From assembly GCA_965238175.1 (NCBI GenBank), contig CBDEGZ010000003.1, positions 160,001 through 224,000 on the forward strand: a stretch of DNA of 64,000 bases, written 5' to 3'. This DNA is from Gammaproteobacteria bacterium (GTDB lineage: Bacteria > Pseudomonadota > Gammaproteobacteria > CAJXQU01). Made by a program: the position numbers and the translations under genes. This document shows positions 41,392 through 51,645 of this stretch, piece after piece. The notes beneath the pieces are model-generated. The model made no database searches. It worked only from the letters and a program-made list of their open reading frames with translations, and had not been told where the DNA came from. Each line of letters opens with the position of its first letter. Positions within the stretch are counted from its first letter, which is position 1.

Positions 41392-42876
41392 TTACGGTAA
41401 AACGTCTAAATATGTTTCGAGATCCCAATCGGTCACTGCCGAGTTGAACCGCTCCCATTCGTCACGTTTGTAATGTTCATATACTCTGTACATATCACCT
41501 GGCATAGCTGACTTAACAACCTCATCATTACTGAGTTCTAATAACGCATCGCCCAATGACATTGGTAATTTCTTAACTTTCTTACCAGCATCAATCGCTT
41601 CATAAATATTGCGCTCTTCCGCTTCACCTGGTTCCAAATCTCTATCGATACCATCCCCCATAGCCTGCAATAAAGCAGAACCCATCAGGTAAGGGTTAAC
41701 CATAGAATCAACTGAACGATATTCGAAGCGACCTGGCGCTGATACACGTAGTGCACAAGTTCGATTCTGATAACCCCAATCAGCGAAGATAGGCGCCCAA
41801 AAACCAGTATCCCAAAGACGCCTATAGGAGTTGACTGTAGGTGAACCAATAGCGGTCAATGCACCGAGATGTTCAATCACACCACCGATTGATTGCAGGC
41901 CGATTGGTCCAGGCATTTTTTCATCGATCGAAGGATCTGGCATAAATGTATTTTCACCACCTTCAATGTATGTAAACGAACCTTCCATTCCTGGCAGAGA
42001 ATCAAAACCCAACATGTTGACTTTGTCTTCACCACCACGCCACAGTGACATGTTATGATGACAACCAGAGGCAGACACGCCCATAAAAGGCTTGGACATA
42101 AAGCAAGCGATCAAATTATCTTCACGTGCTACCTGAGCACAAATCTGACGATAGGTAGACAGACGATCGGCATTACGCAGTACGTCATCATATTGTGTAT
42201 TTAGCTCCAACTGACCGGGTGCATCTTCGTGGTCACCCTGAATAATATCGAGCCCCATCTGTTGAGAATATTCAATAACTTTCATAAAAGTTGGGCGCAG
42301 CTCTTCAAACTGATCTATGTGATAGCAGTTTGGCTTGGTGACACCACCATTTGGTTTGCCGTCTTCACCGCGCTTCAACCACATCATTTCTGGCTCAGTA
42401 CCGCAACGCATATTCAGGCCATGCTTCTCCTGGAATGCATTATGGATGCGGCGCAGGTTGCCACGACAATCAGAAGTCAGCGCACCACCTGGATTTTCGC
42501 GTTCTTCGCGGTTTCGGAATAACGTGCAGTACACACGACCAATACGTTTATCCCATGGCAACTGACAGAATGTTTCTGGATCGGGAATACCAACCAGTTC
42601 AGATGATTCCGCTCCGTAACCAATATAATCACCATGACGGTCAACAAATAGGTTTGCCGTTGATCCATAAACAAGTTGAAAGCCTTTTTCTGCTAGACGT
42701 TCCCAGTGTGCTGACGGGATACCTTTACCCATAACTCGGCCTGTTACTGAGATGAACTGGTAATAGATATAGTCGACACCAGTTTCTTTAATTTTTTCCG
42801 CCACCTGCTTGACCAGGTCAGCGCGCCCCTTTGCTTCCACATGTTGTTCTAGATCTGTGCTGTCATTTTTAGCCAT
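41392..42876 (-). CDS. Glutamine synthetase-like ligase (gamma-glutamylmethylamide synthetase GmaS/GlnT-like)
   Basis: GTEPE, HEDAPGQLE, SGCHHNMS, NRT..R, EYRSVD..NPYL; sits upstream of mgsABC-like genes. Confidence 0.75.
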   Translation of the reverse strand: MAKNDSTDLEQHVEAKGRADLVKQVAEKIKETGVDYIYYQFISVTGRVMGKGIPSAHWERLAEKGFQLVYGSTANLFVDRHGDYIGYGAESSELVGIPDPETFCQLPWDKRIGRVYCTLFRNREERENPGGALTSDCRGNLRRIHNAFQEKHGLNMRCGTEPEMMWLKRGEDGKPNGGVTKPNCYHIDQFEELRPTFMKVIEYSQQMGLDIIQGDHEDAPGQLELNTQYDDVLRNADRLSTYRQICAQVAREDNLIACFMSKPFMGVSASGCHHNMSLWRGGEDKVNMLGFDSLPGMEGSFTYIEGGENTFMPDPSIDEKMPGPIGLQSIGGVIEHLGALTAIGSPTVNSYRRLWDTGFWAPIFADWGYQNRTCALRVSAPGRFEYRSVDSMVNPYLMGSALLQAMGDGIDRDLEPGEAEERNIYEAIDAGKKVKKLPMSLGDALLELSNDEVVKSAMPGDMYRVYEHYKRDEWERFNSAVTDWDLETYLDVLP

Positions 42877-43008
42877 GCTTCTTCTCCTCTATGATTATTA
42901 TTGATCTGAGAATCATTCAGTTATTTCTAATGTGTATTTCTATTATGAAACACTTTCTATTTTTTATAATTTTTAGAATTTCATTCAGCACATTACCCTT
43001 TAATAAAA

Positions 43009-44352
43009 CTAACTCCAGGGGAATGGGCTGCTTGAAACGGGGTGTAACTTACCTTCCGCGTATCTTGAAAATCTGAAAGGCTCTAACAAACGCGTTTTTT
43101 CACCTGCAATTTCATTTGCCACCAACTTTCCAACACCCAACATTTTGTATCCATGATTTGAATCTGCAATGAAATAGCAGTTTTCACGAAACACATCGAA
43201 AACTGGAAAACTATCTGGTGTGAAAGCACCAATACCACCCGAAGCTTCTTTCTTATATTTTGCGATAGTTCCTTCGAAACGTTTTTGACAATGAGCCAGC
43301 GCTGAAACCCACATGTGGGCAAATTCATCACCCATTACATAATCGGGCGATTCTGGACCATAAGGATCGACCTGAACCAGATCTGGATCAGTGTCGATTG
43401 GATCAGGAGCCGCACCACCCTGAATGCCACCAAAATTAAAGTCAGGTTTGTAATAAATTCCCCACATCTCATTGCTGATAAGCGAACCATCAACTGTTGA
43501 GTAAAGTGGCGCATCACTATCTACATGTATAACCGGAGGCATCTTGCCGTCGTTGGTTTGTAAAAAACTAGGATCAACACCTAGCGTACCTTCTTGTAAA
43601 GACCAATAGATCCACATGTTGATATCATCATGTACGATGCCATCCGCACCTTTGATAGAAATAGTCTTAGGCAGCTCTAACATATCCCAGAAAACTTTTG
43701 CCCATGGCCCTGCCCCGACGACAATATAATCACAAGCAATTGTCCCTTGATCGGTTTCGACTCCGGTAATGGCACTACTTCCCCCATCACTCTTAAACTC
43801 TTTGACAGTAATACCTGACAGAATTTGTACACCTTCAGCTTCAGCTTTGGCAGCAAGTCCATACATGGCTTTACTGTTGTTTGCATAGCCACCTCTTTTC
43901 TCATGCAACACTGAAGTAATGCCCTGCGCTTGCCAGTCATGAAATATATTTTTCATGTAGTCAGCACTGTCTTTTTCACCTTCAATAAAGGTAGATTCGT
44001 AACCGATATCTTTTTGTTGAGCCGCTATCGTTGCAACATCAGCATGCATACTTTCTGGACTGATCTGCATGTAACCGACAGGGTGGTAACTATAGGCTTC
44101 TGGATCTGATTCCCAGACATCGACACTATGCGCCATCAATTCACGCATTGCGGGCTGGAAGTAATTATTCCGAACTACACCACAAGCAATGCCTGAAGCG
44201 CCTGCTGCTATTCCAGACTTATCAATTATAAGAATATCTTTACCACCTCCTTTACCGCTTGCTTTTAGTTCCAAAGCAAGGTGATAGGCAGTACTCAACC
44301 CATGGATACCTGCACCGACGATCAAATATTTAACATGCACTGGCATTGTCAT
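43009..44352 (-). CDS. FAD-dependent oxidoreductase (DAO/SoxB-like)
   Basis: GAGIHGLSTAYHLA, GASGIACGVVRNNY, FTPDSFP, SNHGYKM. Confidence 0.85.
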   Translation of the reverse strand: MTMPVHVKYLIVGAGIHGLSTAYHLALELKASGKGGGKDILIIDKSGIAAGASGIACGVVRNNYFQPAMRELMAHSVDVWESDPEAYSYHPVGYMQISPESMHADVATIAAQQKDIGYESTFIEGEKDSADYMKNIFHDWQAQGITSVLHEKRGGYANNSKAMYGLAAKAEAEGVQILSGITVKEFKSDGGSSAITGVETDQGTIACDYIVVGAGPWAKVFWDMLELPKTISIKGADGIVHDDINMWIYWSLQEGTLGVDPSFLQTNDGKMPPVIHVDSDAPLYSTVDGSLISNEMWGIYYKPDFNFGGIQGGAAPDPIDTDPDLVQVDPYGPESPDYVMGDEFAHMWVSALAHCQKRFEGTIAKYKKEASGGIGAFTPDSFPVFDVFRENCYFIADSNHGYKMLGVGKLVANEIAGEKTRLLEPFRFSRYAEGKLHPVSSSPFPWS

Positions 44353-44622
44353 GCTCTAAAATCCTCTATCTTGAATCTGTAAATATTTAGTAAACTGAGA
44401 CACTTAAATGACCCAGCACCTTTTGTGTTAGTCAGGGGAAACCTGTTGTTACCGGGTAGCTAACATGTCGAGAAGTATCTGCCTCCATAATCGCAGAAAC
44501 AATTCCTCATAGTGAATACCAAATTATGGGTAGATTTGAAGATTGGCTAGAGATTAACTAGAACAACTCAATCTTCCTACTATCGAGCAAAAATATATGA
44601 TGAAGTAAATCTAGAATAGCTT

Positions 44623-45060
44623 TTATATACTCTCCATACTTTCTGGATGTTGTTCGAGATCGTCTACGATCTGATAATAGTCTCCAGCGACTGAGACATA
44701 AACATGCTTCACAGTGCTTAACCCCGTTGGCTTATCCAAACTTCCAGCAGAAATACATAAGTAGTCTTTATCGTATGGATCCCAAAATAAACTTGACCCA
44801 CATGCATAACAAAAACCTCTTCTTGCATTACTGGAGGATTCATACCAACTGAGCCCACGGTCTTCGATCATGGTGATCTGTTCTCGTTTTGCGGCTGTGT
44901 AAGCAGCGTAATGACCATGAGATTTACGACATTGTTCACAATGACAATTCACAACCTCACGTAGTTGTCCCGTAATTTCATACTTGATCGATCCACACAA
45001 ACAACTACCAGAATAATGATTTACTTTTTTAGGATCCGTTATGCTTTTAGAATCAGTCAT
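44623..45060 (-). CDS. GFA family (formaldehyde-activating, CENP-V-like) protein
   Basis: GSCLCG, CHCEQCRK, RGFCYACGSSLFW. Confidence 0.9.
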   Translation of the reverse strand: MTDSKSITDPKKVNHYSGSCLCGSIKYEITGQLREVVNCHCEQCRKSHGHYAAYTAAKREQITMIEDRGLSWYESSSNARRGFCYACGSSLFWDPYDKDYLCISAGSLDKPTGLSTVKHVYVSVAGDYYQIVDDLEQHPESMESI

Positions 45061-46031
45061 TGTTTTTGTTTCATTTTTTTAGATAATAATGCTGTTATTC
45101 TCGGCAATATTTTGTATAAATCACCAACAAGCGCATAATCTGCGACACGCATTATGGGTGCATTTTGATCAGAATTGATTGCCATAATTCGCTGACAATT
45201 TTTTAACCCTGTCATATGTTGCTTGGCGCCGGAAATCCCACAGGCAATATAAAGTGAAGGTGATACACAACTCGCACTTTGACCGATCAATAATTCTCTT
45301 GGTGCGACATCACTTTCTACTGCACCGAGAGACACACCGATGGAGGCGCCTAGTTGTTCAGCCAACGCTTCAAGCAATTTCATATCCTGACTTTCTTTAA
45401 ATCCTCGCCCTGCTGAAACAATAATCTCTGCATCATTGAGACAAGGATATTTGGAAGTACCTGCTATAATATGATCGAGTTTGATCTGTGCTTCATAGCC
45501 TTTAATCTTGATCGGGACAATTTCTATTTCATCACAATTATCCATTTCACTATGACTGATTTTTTCGGATCCAACCAATGCTCTTGATTCAACAAGAATA
45601 AATCTTGGTATTGGCCCGATCATTTCAACATCCACCAGACACTCACTGGCATATATAGTTTTTGTTGCAATAAGCGACTCTTCTGTTAATTCAAAACCAA
45701 TAACCCCAGTAGCCAAAGCCGAATTAAATAGTGCAGATAATCGAGGAAAAACATCCTTTACTATTGTTGCTGAACCCGTAAAGATATAGTCATAATTTTC
45801 AGTTTTAATAAAATCAGACAATATCCTCGCATAGATCTCTGGATCTTTAATTTCAGATAATAAGGTCTGGATCAAGTTGACACGTCTTACACCATGTTTC
45901 TTTAATTTTTTTATATGCGCTTTTTCAACGTTGCCACTACTTAAAATTTCCAGATGATATTGCGATACATGACTTAATATTTCAAAGCTCAGCTCGTCTA
46001 TTGTTTCTGCAAAAATTAATACCTTGATCAT
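45057..46031 (-). CDS. etfA: Electron transfer flavoprotein alpha subunit (divergent)
   Basis: IVSAGRG, LYIACGISGAKQH, AINSD..APIM..ADY..VGDL. Confidence 0.85.
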   Translation of the reverse strand: MIKVLIFAETIDELSFEILSHVSQYHLEILSSGNVEKAHIKKLKKHGVRRVNLIQTLLSEIKDPEIYARILSDFIKTENYDYIFTGSATIVKDVFPRLSALFNSALATGVIGFELTEESLIATKTIYASECLVDVEMIGPIPRFILVESRALVGSEKISHSEMDNCDEIEIVPIKIKGYEAQIKLDHIIAGTSKYPCLNDAEIIVSAGRGFKESQDMKLLEALAEQLGASIGVSLGAVESDVAPRELLIGQSASCVSPSLYIACGISGAKQHMTGLKNCQRIMAINSDQNAPIMRVADYALVGDLYKILPRITALLSKKMKQKQ

Positions 46032-46040
46032 TCGTTACTC

Positions 46041-46832
46041 TTAATCTTGAAAACTCCGAACTTCTTTAAGTAGTACATCGACAACTTCATTTAATAAAAC
46101 GTCTTCTTCATCGTTGGCAAATTTGAATACCTTTCCTGCTTTTCTAATGGGCATCGGTCTGAAATTTTTATAGCGAAGACGCTGATCATTTTTTTTAACA
46201 CCCACCTCTTTAAGGCTCATCTCAACGATCACTTCTTTCTCAGCCCTTTTAATATGTGGTAGGGGTGCATAACGAGGTTCAACGATGCCATATGAACATG
46301 CGAGTAATATTGGTTCTGAAGTCTTGTAAACTTCAATATTTCCTCCATCACCTTGTCTATTGATTTTCGCAGCTTGATCATCCATTGAAATTTCAATGAC
46401 GCGCGTAATTGCAGGCAAATCTATCATCTGTGCTAATAACTGAGGGACTTGTTGATTCTGATTATCGTATGAGATATTGCCACACAAGATTAGGTCAGGA
46501 TCTTCACACTGGCTTTTTATAACACTTGCCAGGGCCTTGGCAATTCGGAAAGGATCAAGCACTTCATTTGAGGTAACGAGAATGGCTTTATTCACACCCA
46601 TCGCTAATGCCGAAATCAGCGCTTCCTGCTTCTCTTTACTTCCCACTCTTATCGCTGTCACTGTACTACCGGGAACTTTCTCACAAATTTGCAGAGCCTG
46701 TTCAACAACACATTCATCTTCTGGACTTAGTGTCCAATAAATATCTTGCTCTTCAATAGACTGACCATTCTCAGTAGGGATAATTTGACAGTGAGATTCT
46801 GGAACTTGCTTTATACAAACAATAATATTCAT
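46041..46832 (-). CDS. etfB: Electron transfer flavoprotein beta subunit
   Basis: MNIIVCIKQVP, ALAMG, DLILCG..S.D, EPRY. Confidence 0.88.
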   Translation of the reverse strand: MNIIVCIKQVPESHCQIIPTENGQSIEEQDIYWTLSPEDECVVEQALQICEKVPGSTVTAIRVGSKEKQEALISALAMGVNKAILVTSNEVLDPFRIAKALASVIKSQCEDPDLILCGNISYDNQNQQVPQLLAQMIDLPAITRVIEISMDDQAAKINRQGDGGNIEVYKTSEPILLACSYGIVEPRYAPLPHIKRAEKEVIVEMSLKEVGVKKNDQRLRYKNFRPMPIRKAGKVFKFANDEEDVLLNEVVDVLLKEVRSFQD

Positions 46833-47020
46833 ACGGTAACGTTCACTCAATAACGTCAACCTCTAACTAAATTTTGATTACTAAACATTAACTAGATCGA
46901 AAAAAATGTAAATATTACTTATCGGATACTCATAAGGGGTTACACCACGAGGTATATATTTTGAAATAATCACTCGTGGTATCGTGCGCGCACTATAAAC
47001 CTACTATATGTGACTAATAC

Positions 47021-47929
47021 ATGACTGCAACAATACTTGATGGGAAAATTGTTAGTAAAGAAATACTTGCTGATGTTGCAAACTCCGTTGAATCTTTAAA
47101 AGCTGAAGGGTGGACGTCACGATTAATTTCAATAAAGATTGGAGACGATCCTGCGGTTGAGCTTTATATACGTAATCAACGAAAGAAAGCTGAACAAGTA
47201 GGCATTGAGTTTATCGAGAAATCATTTCCAGCGAATATTAGTTTAGATGAAATGAAAACCTCAATTTATTTGTTGAATGCTGATCCACGTGTAACAGGTA
47301 TAATTCTGCAGCGCCCGGTTCCAGATCATTTACATATAAAAGAATTACAGAATGCTATTCATCCATTAAAAGATGTCGAAGGAATGCATCCAAATTCGAT
47401 CGGTAATATTGTTTATAAAGATCTCGAAATTGGCCCCTGTACTGCAATGGCATCGGTAGAATTATTGAAAAAAACCGGATTAAAATTAGAAGGCTTAGAA
47501 GTCACTGTTATTGGCCATTCTGAAATAGTAGGAAAACCAATCGCCTTCTTATTAATGGCAGAGGGAGCAACTGTAACGGTATGTCATCACATGACAAGAG
47601 ACGTACTCATACATTCTAAACGTGCAGATGCGGTCTTTGTCGCTGTCGGAAAACCTTCATTAGTAACCGCGGAGCTTCTAAAACCAGGAGCAGCACTGAT
47701 AGATATCGGTATCAACCGGATCAAAGATGCAGAGGGTAAATCAGTGACCGTAGGTGACAGTGATTATGAATCGTGTAGTCAAGTTGCTGGTTGGATTACA
47801 CCCGTTCCTGGAGGGGTCGGGCCTGTAACAGTTTCGATACTTATGCGTAATACGCTTGCTGCCACAAGACGCCTAAAGTCACACTACGAAACTCAATTTT
47901 CATTATCTTCAACTGAGAATATTGCATAG
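47021..47929 (+). CDS. folD: Methylenetetrahydrofolate dehydrogenase/cyclohydrolase
   Basis: KDVEG, SEIVGKP, IDIGINR, ITPVPGGVGPVT. Confidence 0.93.
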   Translation: MTATILDGKIVSKEILADVANSVESLKAEGWTSRLISIKIGDDPAVELYIRNQRKKAEQVGIEFIEKSFPANISLDEMKTSIYLLNADPRVTGIILQRPVPDHLHIKELQNAIHPLKDVEGMHPNSIGNIVYKDLEIGPCTAMASVELLKKTGLKLEGLEVTVIGHSEIVGKPIAFLLMAEGATVTVCHHMTRDVLIHSKRADAVFVAVGKPSLVTAELLKPGAALIDIGINRIKDAEGKSVTVGDSDYESCSQVAGWITPVPGGVGPVTVSILMRNTLAATRRLKSHYETQFSLSSTENIA

Positions 47930-47937
47930 TTCGCCTG

Positions 47938-48723
47938 TTACCTTTGACCTTTAGTTTTACGACGGAGACGATTTTCTTTATGAGCCATAATTTCTCGCAC
48001 CAATTTTTTATCTTCTGAAGACAACTTTAATATTCCTCTGTAAATCATAAAAAACCTGAGGCGTTGAGTCTGTGATAAAAATAAAGGAGCTTTTTTATCT
48101 AGGTTTGCTAAGTCTTTAATTTGACGGTATTGCAGCAGTGGCCAAGTTAAGCGTTTACCTGAAGGACAATCTATTAGAAAAATTCTTGGTTCATTATTTT
48201 GATCGTCCTGGACTAAAATATTTCTCCAATGCAAATCGTTATGACAAAACCGTTTTTTATGTAACTTTAAAGTTATTTCGACTATTTGAGAAAAAACTGT
48301 ATTACGCCAGTAAACATTCTTTAATTTTTCAGGTGTGTTTTGTAGAATTGATAAGAGATCTTTTGATTTTTCAACTCCTTCTGTAATTAATACCCCTTTC
48401 ATTGTTCTAAAAAAAATACTTTTTTCGCCTATAGCAACAACTTTTGCTGAAGGAATATTTTGTTGGTTGAACCATTGTTGGTTTCGAACTTCGACACGAA
48501 AACGTGAAAGCCCTAACCAACTCCGGATATTGGTTGATCGAAAATATCGCTTGATGTAAAAAGTTTCTCCTTCGATATCGTAAGCAAATATTTCGCTTTG
48601 GTTACTCCTGGAAATTATGTTGCCCGGCAATTTAAATACATCCTCTAAAGAGGCAAAGTGGGAGGTTATCTTTATTTGATCCCAGGGTGAAAAAACGATC
48701 CATTTTTTGAAGATAGGAAACAT
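47938..48723 (-). CDS. Lipopolysaccharide kinase (Kdo/WaaP/InaA family)
   Basis: YIKRY, HNDLHWRNIL, LIDCP, KDLANL; likely start MFPIF at 48723. Confidence 0.85.
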   Translation of the reverse strand: MFPIFKKWIVFSPWDQIKITSHFASLEDVFKLPGNIISRSNQSEIFAYDIEGETFYIKRYFRSTNIRSWLGLSRFRVEVRNQQWFNQQNIPSAKVVAIGEKSIFFRTMKGVLITEGVEKSKDLLSILQNTPEKLKNVYWRNTVFSQIVEITLKLHKKRFCHNDLHWRNILVQDDQNNEPRIFLIDCPSGKRLTWPLLQYRQIKDLANLDKKAPLFLSQTQRLRFFMIYRGILKLSSEDKKLVREIMAHKENRLRRKTKGQR

Positions 48724-48727
48724 AATT

Positions 48728-49858
48728 TCAGTTTGAATTTTCCAAAATGATTTTTTCAATAACTTCCAGAACTCTTTCCGGCATACTATATAAGTCCGCC
48801 TCCGCAGCATATAATAAACAATTCTTAGACCACTCTGTTAAATGCTCAGTTTGTAGCATTTGCATTAATTTTTGATTCAGATCATTTTGATCAAAAGGTG
48901 AAGGAACAACTAAGCCTGATTTGGATTTTTCTACATGTTTTTTATATCCGCACACTTCTGTTATAAGAACTGGTAGTCCGGCTACAACGGCTTCGAGGAT
49001 AACTGTACCAGTGTTTTCTTTCCTTGCTGGATGAACTAACAAATCGGCACCGAGTAAAAATCGAGGTATGTCCGTTCGGCCACCCAAAAAGTGTATGTTG
49101 TTTTCTATTGAGTTTTGTTTTAATAATTTTTTATAAGGTCGAGAACTTCCTTCACCAACAATAAATAAATGAGTTTTACAGAGCAGATCATTTGGAAGTG
49201 ATGCTAGCGCACTAATCGCCCGATCTACACCTTTTGTTTTAAAACCTGTACCGATCAGTAATAACAAAAATTCATCGTTTTCTATTTCAAATTCTTTGCG
49301 CATGTTTTGACGTATTTCAAACCAGTTCTCGGGTCGTTTTCTACTTTTGCCAATTCCTGGCGGAAGGTCTATTAAGCGATGATCTGGTGTGTTGTAATTT
49401 TTTTTAAATAGATCTCGTTGAATATCTGAAATCATCAAAGTGATAGTTTTACTTTCAGGACCAAATACGGCTCTTTCACATTCAGTATAAAACTTGACTC
49501 GCTTTGAAAATTGTTGGAAAAAATATCCTTTTTGATTTTTTATCCGATCAAGATAACAAGGATCTGCAGCATAATAAAGATCGAGCTCTGGAATTTTATT
49601 AAAACCTATCACTAAATCATAAGTATTATTTTTTAGGTGAGATATTTGATCAATAAACGAGTTAACTTTACTGTGATTCGTAAAACCATTTGTAGAAATT
49701 ATGTGAACGTTAAAACCATCGGGTATTTCACCATGCCACTCCATTACATATACATCGATCGTATAATTCTTATCCTTACAAAGAGACATAATGCTCAAAA
49801 AATCACGAGCCAACCCACCAAAAGGAAAATACTTGTATAAACAAACAGCTAGTTTCAT
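48728..49858 (-). CDS. waaG: LPS core glucosyltransferase I (GT4)
   Basis: LYKYFPFGGLARDF, GFNK, YYAADPCY, GFKTKGVDR, HPARKENTGTVILEA. Confidence 0.92.
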   Translation of the reverse strand: MKLAVCLYKYFPFGGLARDFLSIMSLCKDKNYTIDVYVMEWHGEIPDGFNVHIISTNGFTNHSKVNSFIDQISHLKNNTYDLVIGFNKIPELDLYYAADPCYLDRIKNQKGYFFQQFSKRVKFYTECERAVFGPESKTITLMISDIQRDLFKKNYNTPDHRLIDLPPGIGKSRKRPENWFEIRQNMRKEFEIENDEFLLLLIGTGFKTKGVDRAISALASLPNDLLCKTHLFIVGEGSSRPYKKLLKQNSIENNIHFLGGRTDIPRFLLGADLLVHPARKENTGTVILEAVVAGLPVLITEVCGYKKHVEKSKSGLVVPSPFDQNDLNQKLMQMLQTEHLTEWSKNCLLYAAEADLYSMPERVLEVIEKIILENSN

Positions 49859-49867
49859 TTTTTAACT

Positions 49868-50860
49868 TTAATCTGTCGGTTGATTGTTTTCGAGAACAGT
49901 TAAAATTTTATTGAAAACGATTTGAATATCATAATAATCTGTTACTCTCTTTTTGCCAGAGGTTCCCATTTCTGCACACATACTTTTATCCGCAGCTAAT
50001 AAACAAATTTTTTCAACCCATTGCTTAGGTGAAGTAACTAGATAGCCAGATTCATTATCAATCACTGCTTCACTATTTACGCCAACATCTGAAGAAACCA
50101 CGGGCAATCCTGCTGCCATATATTGCAAAATTTTTAATGCGCATTTCCCACGTGTCCAATTATTATCAGGCATAGGCGCCAAGCCAATATGAGATGAAAC
50201 CAGTTCAAGAGCTTCAGATTGTTCACTCCATGGAATATTCAGGGCGGGTATGTTTGTATCTGTCAGTTCAAAATCCGCGATGATTTTTAAACGAAGACGA
50301 GGATCATTTTTTACGGCTTGTTCCAACGCAGGAAGAATATCAAGTAAATACTTTGACGTGGAGCGACTCCCTATCCAAACAAGATCTATATGCTTATCAG
50401 ATTTTTTAACCGACAAGTTATATTTAGCTACATCCAGACTAGTAGGAATATTAGTAACAGCTTGATTAAATTTGAGTGATTGTTTTGTAAGGGATAGATT
50501 ACCAGCAAATATATGGTCACTAAATTTTGTCATATGTTTGAAATACTTCATGCGAGTCTTTGAATTAGATCCGTCACTTTTACAAAAAATAGCATCATCT
50601 AGATCAAAAATTAATTTTTTTGAAGTTAAGCGTAAAAGTATCACCAGTAAAAAAGGAAATGTCTTTCTAATAACAACAACGATATCAGCCTGTTTTATTA
50701 ATTTAAATGTATTGAAGTAAGCACGTATGCCACCTGAAAAAATAGCATGTTGAGGTTTATAATCCTGTTCTTGTAAGAGGGGAAAATATTGAGATGCACG
50801 ATAGCGGGTAGATGGTGAGTCTAGACTCTTTGATATAAATACTATAATTTGTGAATTCAC
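49868..50860 (-). CDS. Glycosyltransferase family 4
   Basis: STRYR, FDLDDAIF, WIGS, GKCALKILQYMAAGLPVV.S.VG.N. Confidence 0.88.
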   Translation of the reverse strand: MNSQIIVFISKSLDSPSTRYRASQYFPLLQEQDYKPQHAIFSGGIRAYFNTFKLIKQADIVVVIRKTFPFLLVILLRLTSKKLIFDLDDAIFCKSDGSNSKTRMKYFKHMTKFSDHIFAGNLSLTKQSLKFNQAVTNIPTSLDVAKYNLSVKKSDKHIDLVWIGSRSTSKYLLDILPALEQAVKNDPRLRLKIIADFELTDTNIPALNIPWSEQSEALELVSSHIGLAPMPDNNWTRGKCALKILQYMAAGLPVVSSDVGVNSEAVIDNESGYLVTSPKQWVEKICLLAADKSMCAEMGTSGKKRVTDYYDIQIVFNKILTVLENNQPTD

Positions 50861-50874
50861 GAATATTTTTTAGC

Positions 50875-51624
50875 TCAATTGTTAGTAATGAATTTTTTCC
50901 TAAAGGATCTTTTTAATCTAGATAAAAGATCATCCGAAGGCCATTGAGTATGCGCTATCAATTGATGGCGACGTCTTGGTAGTTGTTCAACCAAATAGCC
51001 TGCTGACTCAATCTTCTTGCTAAAAGAAATCTCTGCTGCAATTGCTGTTTGATAGTCATTTGTAACCTGGTAGCCATTAACTTTTACTAATAAACTCCGT
51101 TTGACAAATTGTACGACCGTGGTTACATGGGCGGCATTCTCCCCAGGCTCGATTCCCCATGAGCATAAAACTTCATGGTAGTAAGTGGCATTTTTTTTCT
51201 TTTTGTTTGATACATTTCCTGTGGAATCATTCATTAAGTATCTCCAAGGTTTTGCCCAACTCTTATGATAGTTCTCACCAAGAAGCCCAATTGAATCGCT
51301 ACTTTTATAGTATTCAATATACTTTTTTAGCCAATTTTTTTTTCGCATGTAACATTCATCTTGCAAGAAAAGATAATAATCATACTTTGGTAATTTTCGC
51401 CAAGCATAGTCCCAGGCACCAATATTAAAGCCAATATTTTCTCTGATTAAAATATGATTAAACTTCACAGACAATTGCTTAGGCAATTTAAAATTCATTC
51501 CGTTGACACATAAACAAAGATCATATGCAATACCTGCTGGGTATTTTTCCATTGTTTCTAACAATCGCTCTAAATAATCTAATGGGTGTTTATCCCAAGT
51601 GGATATGATAACAGCTATGGCCAT
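50875..51624 (-). CDS. Putative glycosyltransferase-like protein
   Basis: RENIGFNIGAW, YYLFLQDE; LPS locus context. Confidence 0.55.
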   Translation of the reverse strand: MAIAVIISTWDKHPLDYLERLLETMEKYPAGIAYDLCLCVNGMNFKLPKQLSVKFNHILIRENIGFNIGAWDYAWRKLPKYDYYLFLQDECYMRKKNWLKKYIEYYKSSDSIGLLGENYHKSWAKPWRYLMNDSTGNVSNKKKKNATYYHEVLCSWGIEPGENAAHVTTVVQFVKRSLLVKVNGYQVTNDYQTAIAAEISFSKKIESAGYLVEQLPRRRHQLIAHTQWPSDDLLSRLKRSFRKKFITNN

Positions 51625-51645
51625 CTGTAAACTAAAGCTTTTTTA

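Noticed and set aside
41392-42876. Second true glnA
   Set aside because: Lacks GSI signature segments and the adenylylation motif; context indicates a gamma-glutamyl-amine ligase; canonical glnA is at 62478
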